IMG/VR virus record: IMGVR_UViG_3300047669_000545
Location: 1-37,070 of that record
DNA length: 37,070 nt
Reading direction: 5' to 3' (one strand)
Origin: a virus
Lineage: Duplodnaviria; Caudoviricetes
Below are positions 18,717 through 28,095 of the stretch, piece after piece. The notes beneath the pieces were generated by a model. That model ran no database searches. It had not been told where the DNA came from and saw nothing but the letters and a program-made list of their open reading frames with translations. Numbering within the stretch: the first letter of the stretch is position 1; each line of letters opens with the position of its first letter. The translations under genes were made by a program, and so were the position numbers.

Positions 18717-19613
18717 TTAAGCTAGAGTGACGTAATCAGATGAAGGCGCAAAGAATATAGTTGTAGCTGTTAATGCATATCCGACTGTTCTAACAACATC
18801 ACTTGTTCCTGTAGGTTTAGTTGCTGTAATCCCACCAGCAGTAGTATGAATGTAAAGCGGGACACCAACACCAAAACTCCATGAAGAATTTACAATAAAA
18901 CTACCAGAAAGAGCTACGTTCACAGCTGCTCCATCACTTTTTACTTCCATCGCAATTCCTAATAAACTAATTGAAGTACCTGTACCATTTGCGTCAGCTT
19001 CTTCCCACCTACCATTTGGATCAAGATAAACTAAATCCCCAATAGCTGTAGTATACCCAGCAAGTACATCATTAGTTTGTGGGCCATTAATTGTATAATC
19101 TGGAGTTGGAGTAGCATCAAGACCAGCTAGTTTACTTTGGTCTATTGCTGCTGTTGCACTAATGTCATTATCCACAATATCTACCAATTTACTTTGATCT
19201 ATTGCTGCTGAAGCATTAATATCTGCGTTAACTAAAGAATTTGTTACCCACTCTGGAGCCGTAGCCCCTGCATTTATTTTTAAAGCTTGTGCAGCAGTTC
19301 CTTTAGCTAATCGTTGTAATCCACTACCATCTCTGAAAAGTATATCACCTTGAGTTGTTATAGTAGTTCCTACATCTGTCCCATTAGTACCATCTGTACC
19401 ATCCGTACCGTCTGTGCCATCTGTACCAGCAGTTCCTAATTGAGCCATTATGCTCCAATAAGTTGCACTTGGAGGAGCAGTTCCGGTTACTGCTAGTATA
19501 CACACATAAGAAGATCCACCAGATGATACAACATCTTGTGCAACATAAGCAGTTCCACCTGAATAGGCCCCTTTCCAATTAAACCTTATCGCTCCTAAGT
19601 CTACTGTAGCCAT
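18717..19613 (-). CDS. Tail fibre-like protein with a short collagen-like repeat
   Basis: N-terminal WKGAYS.GTAY...DVVS.GGSSYVC module, (GTD)n triplets, TTQGDILFRD..GLQRLA.GT segment. Confidence 0.7.
   Translation of the reverse strand: MATVDLGAIRFNWKGAYSGGTAYVAQDVVSSGGSSYVCILAVTGTAPPSATYWSIMAQLGTAGTDGTDGTDGTDGTNGTDVGTTITTQGDILFRDGSGLQRLAKGTAAQALKINAGATAPEWVTNSLVNADINASAAIDQSKLVDIVDNDISATAAIDQSKLAGLDATPTPDYTINGPQTNDVLAGYTTAIGDLVYLDPNGRWEEADANGTGTSISLLGIAMEVKSDGAAVNVALSGSFIVNSSWSFGVGVPLYIHTTAGGITATKPTGTSDVVRTVGYALTATTIFFAPSSDYVTLA
19374..19436 (-). repeat. 9-bp degenerate tandem repeat encoding GTAGTDGTDGTDGTDGTNGTD
   Basis: Seven Gly-X-Y triplets visible in both protein and DNA. Confidence 0.75.
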
Positions 19614-19632
19614 GATTATTTTCCTTTAAAAG

Positions 19633-20139
19633 TTAAATTGTACATCTTAATTGAGTGCCAACAAGCGACCAAGTAAGGCCAGAAGAAGCAAAGATTACAT
19701 CATTAAACCCACTATAGGTAGATGCACTAATACTGTCTGCTCCACTATTAGTTGTAGTTAAAAGTAAGTGCCCATTTGCATCAACATCAAACCCATACAC
19801 TTCAGGTGATGAAGCTACATTAGAATTTAATATTGTAGCAAGAAATGTTGAATTAATATTTGAACTATTAATTGATCCAGCTATTGGAGTACCAAATGAA
19901 ATAGATAATCCAAGATAGATTACTTGTATTACTATAGGATTAGCTACTAATGTTGTAAATACAAGACTTGTGTTTGTAATTTCGAAATCTGTACCATTTT
20001 TTTGAACTACCCCATCTAACGTAACAATAACTCCGTTAGTTAAAGTTTCATAAGTTAAGGCATAGGTTGTTGTCCCGTCTCCTACAAAACTATCTGTTCC
20101 TGCATTTCCGTAGTTAACTGATCTTCCTATATACGCCAT
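19633..20139 (-). CDS. Tail fibre-associated structural protein
   Basis: MAYIG start, F.GDGTT.Y.L and V.LDGVVQ..G.DF beta-sandwich motif. Confidence 0.65.
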   Translation of the reverse strand: MAYIGRSVNYGNAGTDSFVGDGTTTYALTYETLTNGVIVTLDGVVQKNGTDFEITNTSLVFTTLVANPIVIQVIYLGLSISFGTPIAGSINSSNINSTFLATILNSNVASSPEVYGFDVDANGHLLLTTTNSGADSISASTYSGFNDVIFASSGLTWSLVGTQLRCTI

Positions 20140-20484
20140 TTATACTATCTCCTTCCATTCGGTGTTGTCTTCATCCCAATCATACATTTTACCATCATCT
20201 GGGTGAACTGTTGGAGGTTCCCATCTACAAGTAGCATCATTTAGTGTCCAAGATGTAAAAGGTTGTGGGGGTATAAACGCATCTCTAGTTGAGTCATATT
20301 TATATCCTATCCCTGCATAGTTTTTTCTTGTTTTATCTTTATACGTTTGTCTCCACGTAAAATTGCTATCGTAAATAGTACGCAAATAGCTAATACCAGA
20401 ACTTTCATCTACAGCAACCTCATCTGCTACAACAACACCCTGTATTACAATATTGTTTTCATCTAATCTAACAAAACGACCCAT
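20140..20484 (-). CDS. Fibre-associated small protein, paralog 2
   Basis: RKNYAGIGYKYDSTRDAFIPPQPF.SWTL..ATC.WEPP...WDED; clear paralog of 17396-17761. Confidence 0.7.
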   Translation of the reverse strand: MGRFVRLDENNIVIQGVVVADEVAVDESSGISYLRTIYDSNFTWRQTYKDKTRKNYAGIGYKYDSTRDAFIPPQPFTSWTLNDATCRWEPPTVHPDDGKMYDWDEDNTEWKEIV

Positions 20485-20494
20485 TACTTATCTC

Positions 20495-22918
20495 CTAAGC
20501 TGTGTATGTTCCTGCCCCAGTAAAAGTTATTACTGTATCTGATCCGCTTGAAACTGCTGTACCACCACTAACACCACTACTATTATAATCTGTTGTAGCT
20601 ATTCTAAGAATAACTACCCCATTGCCACCATCTCCACCACCTCCATATGAACCCGATCCATATGATGAGCCTCCCCCGCCTCCTCCCCGCCCATCTGTAC
20701 CGTTGACTCCTAGACCCGAAGCACCAGCATATTTACCGCCATTTCCACCGCCTCCATTTCCACCAGCTCCACCAATTCCTGTAGCCCATCCTTCTGAACC
20801 GCCTCCTCCACCTCCAGCATAATAAAGCGCACTTCCAGTAATACTATTTGATTTGCCAACACCTCCTGCACCACCTGTGGTAATACCTACGTAATTAGAC
20901 CCTACTGCTCCAGCTCCACCCCCGCCCCCAGCTGGCCAACCTCCTCCTGACCAAGCGTTTCCACCAGCATAACCTTCAGGGATTGATGGTGCGCCTCCAT
21001 TACCGCCAGTATTACCAGCTACTCCCGATCCCCCACGATATCCTCCACCACCAGAACCACCAGTTCCCGGAGAATATCCATTATATCCACCGCCCTGACC
21101 ACCAGCAGTTGCAGTAATTGTTGTAATTCCAGTTCCGCTTAATGAAGAATAGTCTCCTGCGGTAGCAGCACCACTTGTACCAAAAGATCCTAACGGCCCT
21201 CCTGCACCTCCTAATCCCACATATGCTGTATAAACATTACCCTGTGTTAACGTAATGACTGTGCTACCATAATTTGTTCTATAGCCTCCTGCCCCGCCCC
21301 CACCGCCATAAGTTCCACCACCACCTCCTGCACCTGCAACAACTAAATATTCTATATTTCCAACAAAATTCTGAATAGTGATACTATCTGAACTACTAGA
21401 AGCTGAATCATGATAATACCCTGCTGTATCTATAGCTTTGGCAGTTACAGAGTAAGTAGCTTCTACTGTGAATTGAATAGTTACTACAGGATTATTAGTA
21501 GTAAAGCCAGTACATTCAACGGTATTACCTACCTTAGATGCTATACCAGTGTTGACATTACCAAAATTAAAGTTACTAGAACCTATATCTAATATAAGTT
21601 TATTATCGTTAATGTCATTAGAAGTAATTGTGTATGCAACATTTGTAGAAGTACCAACGTTAGCAGGACTACTTATAGCAGGTGCTGATAATGTTGGATT
21701 AAGAATAGTAATGCTATCTGCACTACTAGCAGCCGAAGTACCATAATATGATGCTGTATCTGCAGCAGTAGCTGTTACAGAATAAGTAGCCTCTGCTGTA
21801 AATTGAATAGTTACTACAGGGTTACTAGCACCAAAACTAACACATTCAACTGTGTTACCGACTTTTGAAGCGGTTGCTCCAGATACGCCTTGATAAGTAA
21901 AATTAGCTGTACCTGGATCTAATATAAGTTTGTTATCATCAGCATCATTAGAAGTAATTGTGTATACAACATCTGTAGCAGTGCCGACATCAGCAGGACT
22001 ACTTAAACTAGGAGCTGTTAGTACTCTATTAGCAATTGTAATATTATCAGTATTACTAGCAGCTGAAGTTCCAAAAGAACCATCAATTTTAACAGACGTA
22101 GCTGTTACTGAATAAGTTGCTTGAGCTGTGAATTGGATAGTTACTACCGGATTATTGGTAGTAAACCCAACACACTCAACAGTATTTCCTACGTGCGATG
22201 CAGTACCTCCCCCTGAAACATTTACGAAGGTAAAGTTAGCTGTTCCAGGATTTAGTATTAATTTATCGTCATCAACTGTAGTTGAAGTTATTGTGTAAAT
22301 AACATCTATAGCAGTACCAACGTCAGCAGGGCTACTAATAGTAGGGGCTGTTAATGCTGTTGTAAGGTTCTTAGTTACTGTATTTGAATCAGCTAGACCT
22401 AATGAAGCTGTAGTAGCTATAATTGTGTAAGAAGGTAAGCCACTTGTGTGAGTTACTACAAATTCGCCTGAAGCATTTACTGTACTTACAGTACAATTGG
22501 TTGGAGTAATAGTCCAAGAAAGATCATCCGACCAATTAGTAATTGTATGAGTTACTGTTCCACCATAAAGTACTGACAGAGTTCCAGTTACTGTTGGTAA
22601 ATCTAATTGTGTAGCCCCTATAGCTACTACTTGCCAAGTATTGTCACCTCTTAAGAATTTTGTGTTATCTGCTGCACCAGTTCCTAATCTAGCTGTATTT
22701 ACAGTTCCACTACTAATATTATCAGCATTAGTTGTATCTGTTGTTGCTGAAGTAGCTAATCCATGAGAAGGAATTGAGGTAACTGCACCTGATAATTTTG
22801 AAGTTACTATAGCTGCATCTGATTTGATATCAGCATCTATAATAGAATCATCAGCAATATCAGCTGAAAGAACAGTCGAATCTTCTAACGACTTTGAATT
22901 AATTTTACTAATTGCCAT
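20495..22918 (-). CDS. Tail fibre with three ~110-aa beta-rich repeats and a Gly-rich C-terminal domain
   Basis: Fibre-shaft motifs (SGTVNTARLGTG.A....FLRGD.TW), three LxAPxxSSPAxVGT repeats, and YLVVAG...GGNGVVILR Gly-rich tip. Confidence 0.8.
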   Translation of the reverse strand: MAISKINSKSLEDSTVLSADIADDSIIDADIKSDAAIVTSKLSGAVTSIPSHGLATSATTDTTNADNISSGTVNTARLGTGAADNTKFLRGDNTWQVVAIGATQLDLPTVTGTLSVLYGGTVTHTITNWSDDLSWTITPTNCTVSTVNASGEFVVTHTSGLPSYTIIATTASLGLADSNTVTKNLTTALTAPTISSPADVGTAIDVIYTITSTTVDDDKLILNPGTANFTFVNVSGGGTASHVGNTVECVGFTTNNPVVTIQFTAQATYSVTATSVKIDGSFGTSAASNTDNITIANRVLTAPSLSSPADVGTATDVVYTITSNDADDNKLILDPGTANFTYQGVSGATASKVGNTVECVSFGASNPVVTIQFTAEATYSVTATAADTASYYGTSAASSADSITILNPTLSAPAISSPANVGTSTNVAYTITSNDINDNKLILDIGSSNFNFGNVNTGIASKVGNTVECTGFTTNNPVVTIQFTVEATYSVTAKAIDTAGYYHDSASSSSDSITIQNFVGNIEYLVVAGAGGGGGTYGGGGGAGGYRTNYGSTVITLTQGNVYTAYVGLGGAGGPLGSFGTSGAATAGDYSSLSGTGITTITATAGGQGGGYNGYSPGTGGSGGGGYRGGSGVAGNTGGNGGAPSIPEGYAGGNAWSGGGWPAGGGGGAGAVGSNYVGITTGGAGGVGKSNSITGSALYYAGGGGGGSEGWATGIGGAGGNGGGGNGGKYAGASGLGVNGTDGRGGGGGGSSYGSGSYGGGGDGGNGVVILRIATTDYNSSGVSGGTAVSSGSDTVITFTGAGTYTA
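21365..22354 (-). repeat. Three tandem ~330-bp domain repeats
   Basis: Repeat starts near 22354, 22021 and 21691; boundaries approximate. Confidence 0.75.
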
Positions 22919-23284
22919 TTATATCTCCTTCCATTCTAAATTATCTTCATCCCAACCATACCTTTTGCCATCATCTGGGAGAGTAGCTGGTGCATTCCAC
23001 AAACACGTATCATCATCTAACGTCCAAGACGGATAAGGTTGTGGAGCGTAAAAAGCATCTCTTGAGACATCATATGTAAACCCAACACCAGCGTAATTTT
23101 TTCTCAACCCCTCACCATCTGAAACTGTTGAACCATCTGAATAGTGTTTACCATTTCTAGTGTTATACGAAGTTTGAACCCATTTACTAGCTTCTCCGAC
23201 TGCTCCACTATTTATAAATTTTTGCTCTGCCGATATAACTCTTTGTACTATGTTGTTATTATCTATTTCTGCAAAGTAACTCAA
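22919..23284 (-). CDS. Fibre-associated small protein, paralog 3
   Basis: MSYFAEIDNNNIVQRV...WVQTSYNTR...LRKNYAG; closest to 17396-17761. Confidence 0.7.
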   Translation of the reverse strand: MSYFAEIDNNNIVQRVISAEQKFINSGAVGEASKWVQTSYNTRNGKHYSDGSTVSDGEGLRKNYAGVGFTYDVSRDAFYAPQPYPSWTLDDDTCLWNAPATLPDDGKRYGWDEDNLEWKEI

Positions 23285-23296
23285 TTTATATTCTCC

Positions 23297-25807
23297 TTAT
23301 TGGAATTTGTAGCGGATAACTATTATACCACTACCGCCATTTCCAGCGATAGCAAATGATCCTGAACCTCCCCCTCCACCGCCAGTATTTATAACTCCTC
23401 CAGTTCCGTTTGTGTTAGAACTTCCACCAACACCTCCACCATGAGAAGCTGATCCATAGGCAGAAGATGTACCGCCGCCTCCTCCTCCACCAGCATAGCC
23501 AACAGGCGATCCAGTGATTGAATAATTTGTTCCTGCTCCTCCATTACCAACGTTACCACTTATTGAATTTTGACCAGCTGCACTATGCCCACCTCCACCA
23601 CCTCCACCATATGGAGAGGTATAACTTATAGTTGCACCACCATTATTCCCCTGCCCACCTATTCCTGTTCCACCAGCAGTTACGGAATGTCCACCACCAC
23701 CTCCAGAACCACCACTACCCGGAGTTATATAAGAACTATAACCACCTGCCCCAAAACCACCTCCTGTTGCTGTTAAAGTAGAAATAGAACCTCCAGAAAA
23801 ACTACTAGTATCCCCCTTTGCTCCACTTAGGTAAGTTGAACCAGTTGCTCCAGGCCCTCCCGCACCAACAACTGCAGTAAAAGTAGCTGCCGTCACCGTT
23901 AGGTTTGTGCCATAAAGTAGACCCCCTGCTCCTCCAGCACCAGCACCTGCCCCGCCGCCAGTTCCAGAGCAACCTCCTCCTCCTCCGCCAGCGACAACAA
24001 GGTATTCTATAACTGCATCATCACCTAATGTTGTAATTTGGAAGTTAGAAGTACCACTAATAAATCTATGATATTTATAATCTCCATCAATAGTTCCAGC
24101 AGATACCTCTCCACCATTAGCAACCATGCCGACATAATTAGCAATAGTAATACTATCTGCACTACTACTGGCTGAAGTTCCATAATACCCTGTTGTATCT
24201 ACCGCTGTGGCAGTTACAGAGTAAGTTGCTTCCGCTGTATACTGAATAACTACGGCAGGATTGTTTGTAGTAAATCCTGTTACCTCAACTGTGTTTCCTA
24301 CTATACTTCCCGCACCAGGTGTCACACTTACCAAAGTGAAGTTAGATGAACCTATATTTAATATAAGTTTATTGTCTTCTGCATCATTTGAAGTAATTGT
24401 ATAAGTAACATCTGTAGCAGTCCCAACATCTGCGGGACTACTGATAGCAGGAGCTGTTAATGCTCGATTAGCAATAGTGATACTATCTGCACTACTGGCA
24501 GCTGAGGTTCCGAAAGAACCATCGATCTTAACTGCTGTAGCAGTGACAGAGTAAGTTGCTTGGACTGTAAATTGGATTGTTACGACAGGATTACCAGTAC
24601 CAAAACCAACACATTCAACAGTATTACCAACTTTTGATGCCGTACCTGGCCCTGATTCACTTTGGTAGGTAAAGTTAGCTGTACCAGGGTCTAATATAAG
24701 TTTATCATCACCAGTATCAGTTGAAGTGATTGTATACACAACATCTATAGCAGTACCCACATCTGCAGGACTGCTTAAAGTAGGTGCTGTTAGTGTAATT
24801 GTTATATTTTTAGTAACTACTGCAGAATCAGCTAATCCAAGAGAATCCGTAGTTGCTTTAATTGTATAAAAAGGTACGCCACTTGTATGAGTCACAACAA
24901 ATACACCAGAGCCATTCACCGCTCCTACTGTGCAGTTGGTTGGAACAATTGTATAAGAGACATCATCTGACCAATTAGCAACTGTATGACTTACTGAGCC
25001 ACCAGAAAGCACCGATAAAGTTCCAGTGATTACTGGAGAATCTAACGCTCCAGAAGCCTGTGTAGTCCAACTAAGCACTCCTGCACCATCAGTTTTTAAA
25101 ACTTCATCAGCATTCCCATCAGTAGTAGGTAAAGTTAATGTATAAGAAGAGTTTGTAACATGAGCAGGACTTTGAATACTTACTCCATGTGTATTTTGAC
25201 TACAATTTAAAGTAATCTTTCCGTCTGTAGATGAACCATCACCTTGAGCTATTATTGTTCCAGTTAACTTGTTAGCAGCTAATGTAGCAAGTCTAGCTTC
25301 TGCTACGGTCCCTGTAGTTAGATTAGTCGCTGACAACGTAGTTAAATCTATATTAGAATTTAACGCTGTAGAAGGTAACCTAGCATCTATAATTGTGCCT
25401 GTTGTTATTTTACTAGCATCTAAATTAGGTATTTCAGCAGCATCTAGACTAATTCTAGCGTTATCTATTGTACCAGTCAGTTTACTTGCTGCTATGCTTA
25501 CTAACATAGCATTAGTAATTGATCCATTAGCAATTGTAGGTACAGAAGTATGCTGGGCTTTTCCTAAAAACAAACAATACATTGTATCTGTTGCTGCTGT
25601 TGCTGCAGATAAAGTTAATGCTGTACCACTTACTGTATAAGCGTAGCTTGCTCCTGGTTGTTGCCTAACATTGTTAATAAACAATGCTATTTCATTTTCA
25701 TTAGCAGCTGCAGTATCTAATACGTACGCAGCAGTTGCAGTAACTGTAAAGTGTTGTACTGTTAAATTACCGTAATTTTCAGCAGGTGTATTTCCTATAT
25801 ATGCCAT
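23297..25807 (-). CDS. Tail fibre with two ~110-aa repeats and a Gly-rich C-terminal domain
   Basis: MAYIGNTP start, LDASKITTGT shaft repeats, YTLTLP.TDG.A.EVLKTDG.G.LSW motif, two SSPADVGT repeats, and a Gly-rich tip ending IRYKFQ. Confidence 0.8.
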   Translation of the reverse strand: MAYIGNTPAENYGNLTVQHFTVTATAAYVLDTAAANENEIALFINNVRQQPGASYAYTVSGTALTLSAATAATDTMYCLFLGKAQHTSVPTIANGSITNAMLVSIAASKLTGTIDNARISLDAAEIPNLDASKITTGTIIDARLPSTALNSNIDLTTLSATNLTTGTVAEARLATLAANKLTGTIIAQGDGSSTDGKITLNCSQNTHGVSIQSPAHVTNSSYTLTLPTTDGNADEVLKTDGAGVLSWTTQASGALDSPVITGTLSVLSGGSVSHTVANWSDDVSYTIVPTNCTVGAVNGSGVFVVTHTSGVPFYTIKATTDSLGLADSAVVTKNITITLTAPTLSSPADVGTAIDVVYTITSTDTGDDKLILDPGTANFTYQSESGPGTASKVGNTVECVGFGTGNPVVTIQFTVQATYSVTATAVKIDGSFGTSAASSADSITIANRALTAPAISSPADVGTATDVTYTITSNDAEDNKLILNIGSSNFTLVSVTPGAGSIVGNTVEVTGFTTNNPAVVIQYTAEATYSVTATAVDTTGYYGTSASSSADSITIANYVGMVANGGEVSAGTIDGDYKYHRFISGTSNFQITTLGDDAVIEYLVVAGGGGGGCSGTGGGAGAGAGGAGGLLYGTNLTVTAATFTAVVGAGGPGATGSTYLSGAKGDTSSFSGGSISTLTATGGGFGAGGYSSYITPGSGGSGGGGGHSVTAGGTGIGGQGNNGGATISYTSPYGGGGGGGHSAAGQNSISGNVGNGGAGTNYSITGSPVGYAGGGGGGGTSSAYGSASHGGGVGGSSNTNGTGGVINTGGGGGGSGSFAIAGNGGSGIIVIRYKFQ
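24135..24793 (-). repeat. Two tandem ~330-bp domain repeats homologous to 21365-22354
   Basis: Repeat starts near 24793 and 24460; boundaries approximate. Confidence 0.75.
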
Positions 25808-25816
25808 TCAATTCTC

Positions 25817-26146
25817 CTATATGCTAATTGCGTCAACTGTGCTTACCCATACATCTGCAGAAGAAGCTGTATCACTTTTAACATACATTACATCACCAGA
25901 GTGAACAACCATTTTGGCTCCACCATCTAAAATTTGTAAAGATGATCCTTGAGGAATAGGGGCACTTTTAACTAAATAAATATCCTGAGCACCATCATTT
26001 ACATAAACATCTACAGTGATAGACGCACTGGGTAATATGTTAGAAACATGTATTCCAATAACAGTGTCGTAACTGTCACTAGTAAAAACAAGTGCAGCTC
26101 CTGTGCCTACGTTATTTTGTGTATATCTTCTAAAATCTTGAGCCAT
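25817..26146 (-). CDS. Small beta-rich tail structural protein
   Basis: 109 aa, YLVK.APIP.GSSLQ.LDGGAK.V...GD...VKSDTASS.DV motif, which I recall from marine podophage tail blocks. Confidence 0.65.
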   Translation of the reverse strand: MAQDFRRYTQNNVGTGAALVFTSDSYDTVIGIHVSNILPSASITVDVYVNDGAQDIYLVKSAPIPQGSSLQILDGGAKMVVHSGDVMYVKSDTASSADVWVSTVDAISI

Positions 26147-26179
26147 TTAATATCTCCAATAAAATATATGCTGGTATGC

Positions 26180-26527
26180 TCACAGAGCAATACTCATTGC
26201 TGTTGAAAAACCCTTAGAAGCATGATCACCATCGCCAGTTAAATCATTTAACATAGCGGCTGTAAGTCGTAACTCAATAGTATCCCCGGACAGCGCAGAA
26301 GCAGCTGCTGTATTATCTTGTGCACGTACACATGTGAAGGTATTTACCGATACACTAGTTACTTTAACAACTTCAATATTAGCAAGACTAACTATAGTTA
26401 GATACATGTGATCCCCAGCTGCTAAGTTAGGGAAGCTAAGGACACTAGTTACACTAATAGAGGTAGCAGTATCTGTTATACCAGCGCTCAGTGTGGTAGT
26501 AGCATTATTTGTAAATTTAACTGCCAT
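26180..26527 (-). CDS. Tail structural protein
   Basis: MAVKFTNNA.TTL..GI, EVVKVT...N.FT..RAQDNT.A...GD.IELRLTA, C-terminal GF..AMSIAL. Confidence 0.7.
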   Translation of the reverse strand: MAVKFTNNATTTLSAGITDTATSISVTSVLSFPNLAAGDHMYLTIVSLANIEVVKVTSVSVNTFTCVRAQDNTAAASALSGDTIELRLTAAMLNDLTGDGDHASKGFSTAMSIAL

Positions 26528-26537
26528 TAATATTCTC

Positions 26538-26987
26538 CTAAGAAATAGTTACTGCCCAACTAACTGTCATTGTATCAGCAGCACCTTTATTAATAACAGC
26601 AAATACTGTTCGACATAACATAGTGCCACTACTACTAGCATTAAATACACCAGCTTCTGTTATCGCGCCTGTATGAGAACCTGCAGCATAAGTACACGCG
26701 TATGTAATAACTGCTCCTGCTACTGTACCGCCAGAAGTAGTTAAACCACTTCGTGTACTAAGTTGTGTTCCCAGTGCGGTATCTCCAACGACTGCTGCAG
26801 TAGAATTAGTTCCAACACCCATATGAGTCATTACACTTGCAGTAGCTGCATTCATTCTAGATGCTATCCAACTTTTACCAGCTGTAACAACAAGGTTATT
26901 AACTTCTTGTACAACTTTGCCATTAAGCGAAATTGATAATCTGCCTGTAAGGGCAACTCTATCTTGTATACTCATAGTAAGCTCCAT
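26538..26987 (-). CDS. Tail structural protein (fibre-proximal/collar-like)
   Basis: NLVV.AG..IASRM...MTHM.VGT..TA...GDTALG and GAITEAG.FNA.S.GTML.RTVF.VINK motifs; the start may be the second Met (MSIQD). Confidence 0.7.
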   Translation of the reverse strand: MELTMSIQDRVALTGRLSISLNGKVVQEVNNLVVTAGKSWIASRMNAATASVMTHMGVGTNSTAAVVGDTALGTQLSTRSGLTTSGGTVAGAVITYACTYAAGSHTGAITEAGVFNASSSGTMLCRTVFAVINKGAADTMTVSWAVTIS

Positions 26988-26991
26988 ATTT

Positions 26992-27630
26992 CTAAGTTAT
27001 AGTAACTGTAATATTATCTGTACGAAATCTGTCAGGGTCCACTAGTAAAGCATGGGTATTCAATGGAGCAGTATTAATTGCACCACCATAATCTGTAAAG
27101 TACCCATCAGCTGCTGTAATAGAATTAGCAACTTGTATATTAATTTGTAATCCTAATGCATCTGCAATACTAAACGAATCTGAAAAAGGTTTCGTAGTAC
27201 CTAAAGAAACAAGCTCGTTAATAACTGATATATCAGCTAGTACTTTAGTAGTATCTATTAAATTAAGTGCATCCGCAGTTGCTACACTATCTGCTTTATT
27301 TAATTGAGGCGCTAATACAACTTGATCTGTATTTGCTACAGAATCTGCAAGAATTTTAGCATTACTTATCGCAATAAGTTCCTGAATAGCAAGTAATTGC
27401 TCAGTAAAAGCCCGTTCCCACGCTACAAATCTTGTAAATCCTGCACTATCATCAACTGTTACAATATCATCTGGTAATTTATTTTTACTATCATAATCTA
27501 AATGAATATCTGTGATAGCATTAATATAATCTAAATCAGTAACAGCCTTAATAACCGATATGTCGGCGACTGGATTAATATGACCTATTGATGAACGTGC
27601 ATTTCCAATTAAGGATTTTCCTAATGCCAT
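26992..27630 (-). CDS. Tail-associated protein with weak K.L.DS repeats
   Basis: 212 aa, recurring KILADSV/KADSV/KVLADIS/KPFSDSF segments. Confidence 0.6.
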   Translation of the reverse strand: MALGKSLIGNARSSIGHINPVADISVIKAVTDLDYINAITDIHLDYDSKNKLPDDIVTVDDSAGFTRFVAWERAFTEQLLAIQELIAISNAKILADSVANTDQVVLAPQLNKADSVATADALNLIDTTKVLADISVINELVSLGTTKPFSDSFSIADALGLQINIQVANSITAADGYFTDYGGAINTAPLNTHALLVDPDRFRTDNITVTIT

Positions 27631-28007
27631 CAGAAGTCCTTTCTTACTTTAAACTTAAGTTTATCAAATAGAGTTTGGACTCGTGTATCGGCATACGTTA
27701 GTGCAATTTCACCTTCGTAAGTACCAGCAGCAACATCTAGAGTAGTTAGATTCCATGTCATAAAGCATTTTCCATTTGTATATGGAGCAATCTTTGTACA
27801 AGTCATCGTATCTAAAATAGTTGAACTACCTAAAGCTTTAAATTTTACCGTAACAGCGGGATCGCTAATATCGATTATAGCCCAGGTACTTGAGTCATCT
27901 GGGTCTAGTGTAAGACCGGCTAAAGCGGTGTTGGAATCTTTTAAGGTAAGGTTTATCTCTGGTTTATCATCACCAGCAACTAAATTAATAGTTTCGTAGT
28001 AAGCCAT
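27630..28007 (-). CDS. BppU N-terminal-like baseplate/tail adaptor protein
   Basis: I.LV.GDD.P....L.D, G.YEGEI...Y.D..VQT...LKFKVR pattern; AGGAG RBS. Confidence 0.6.
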   Translation of the reverse strand: MAYYETINLVAGDDKPEINLTLKDSNTALAGLTLDPDDSSTWAIIDISDPAVTVKFKALGSSTILDTMTCTKIAPYTNGKCFMTWNLTTLDVAAGTYEGEIALTYADTRVQTLFDKLKFKVRKDF

Positions 28008-28062
28008 TTTTAACTCCTAAGGAGGTTTTTCTCAGCATTGGCTATGCAGCATTTGCTATTTT

Positions 28063-28090
28063 AGAATACGTTAATACTTTATAAAGTCAA
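28063..28090 (-). promoter_or_regulatory. Candidate sigma70-like late promoter for the tail block
   Basis: TTGACT-16 nt-TATTCT on the minus strand in the intergenic gap; N4 late genes use host sigma70 RNAP. Confidence 0.4.
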
Positions 28091-28095
28091 ACTAA

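Noticed and set aside
18020-23776. His/Gln-, Pro- and Thr-rich plus-strand ORFs (18020, 20622, 23570 and others)
   Set aside because: Their composition is the reverse complement of Gly codon runs in the fibre genes.
17396-24060. Diversity-generating retroelement (template/variable repeat) among the paralogous fibre tips
   Set aside because: No reverse transcriptase in the window, all copies are coding, and the differences do not appear confined to adenines.
28012-28028. CTCC-TTA-GGAG mini-hairpin covering the RBS of 27630-28007
   Set aside because: Only a 4-bp core stem, too weak to claim translational control.
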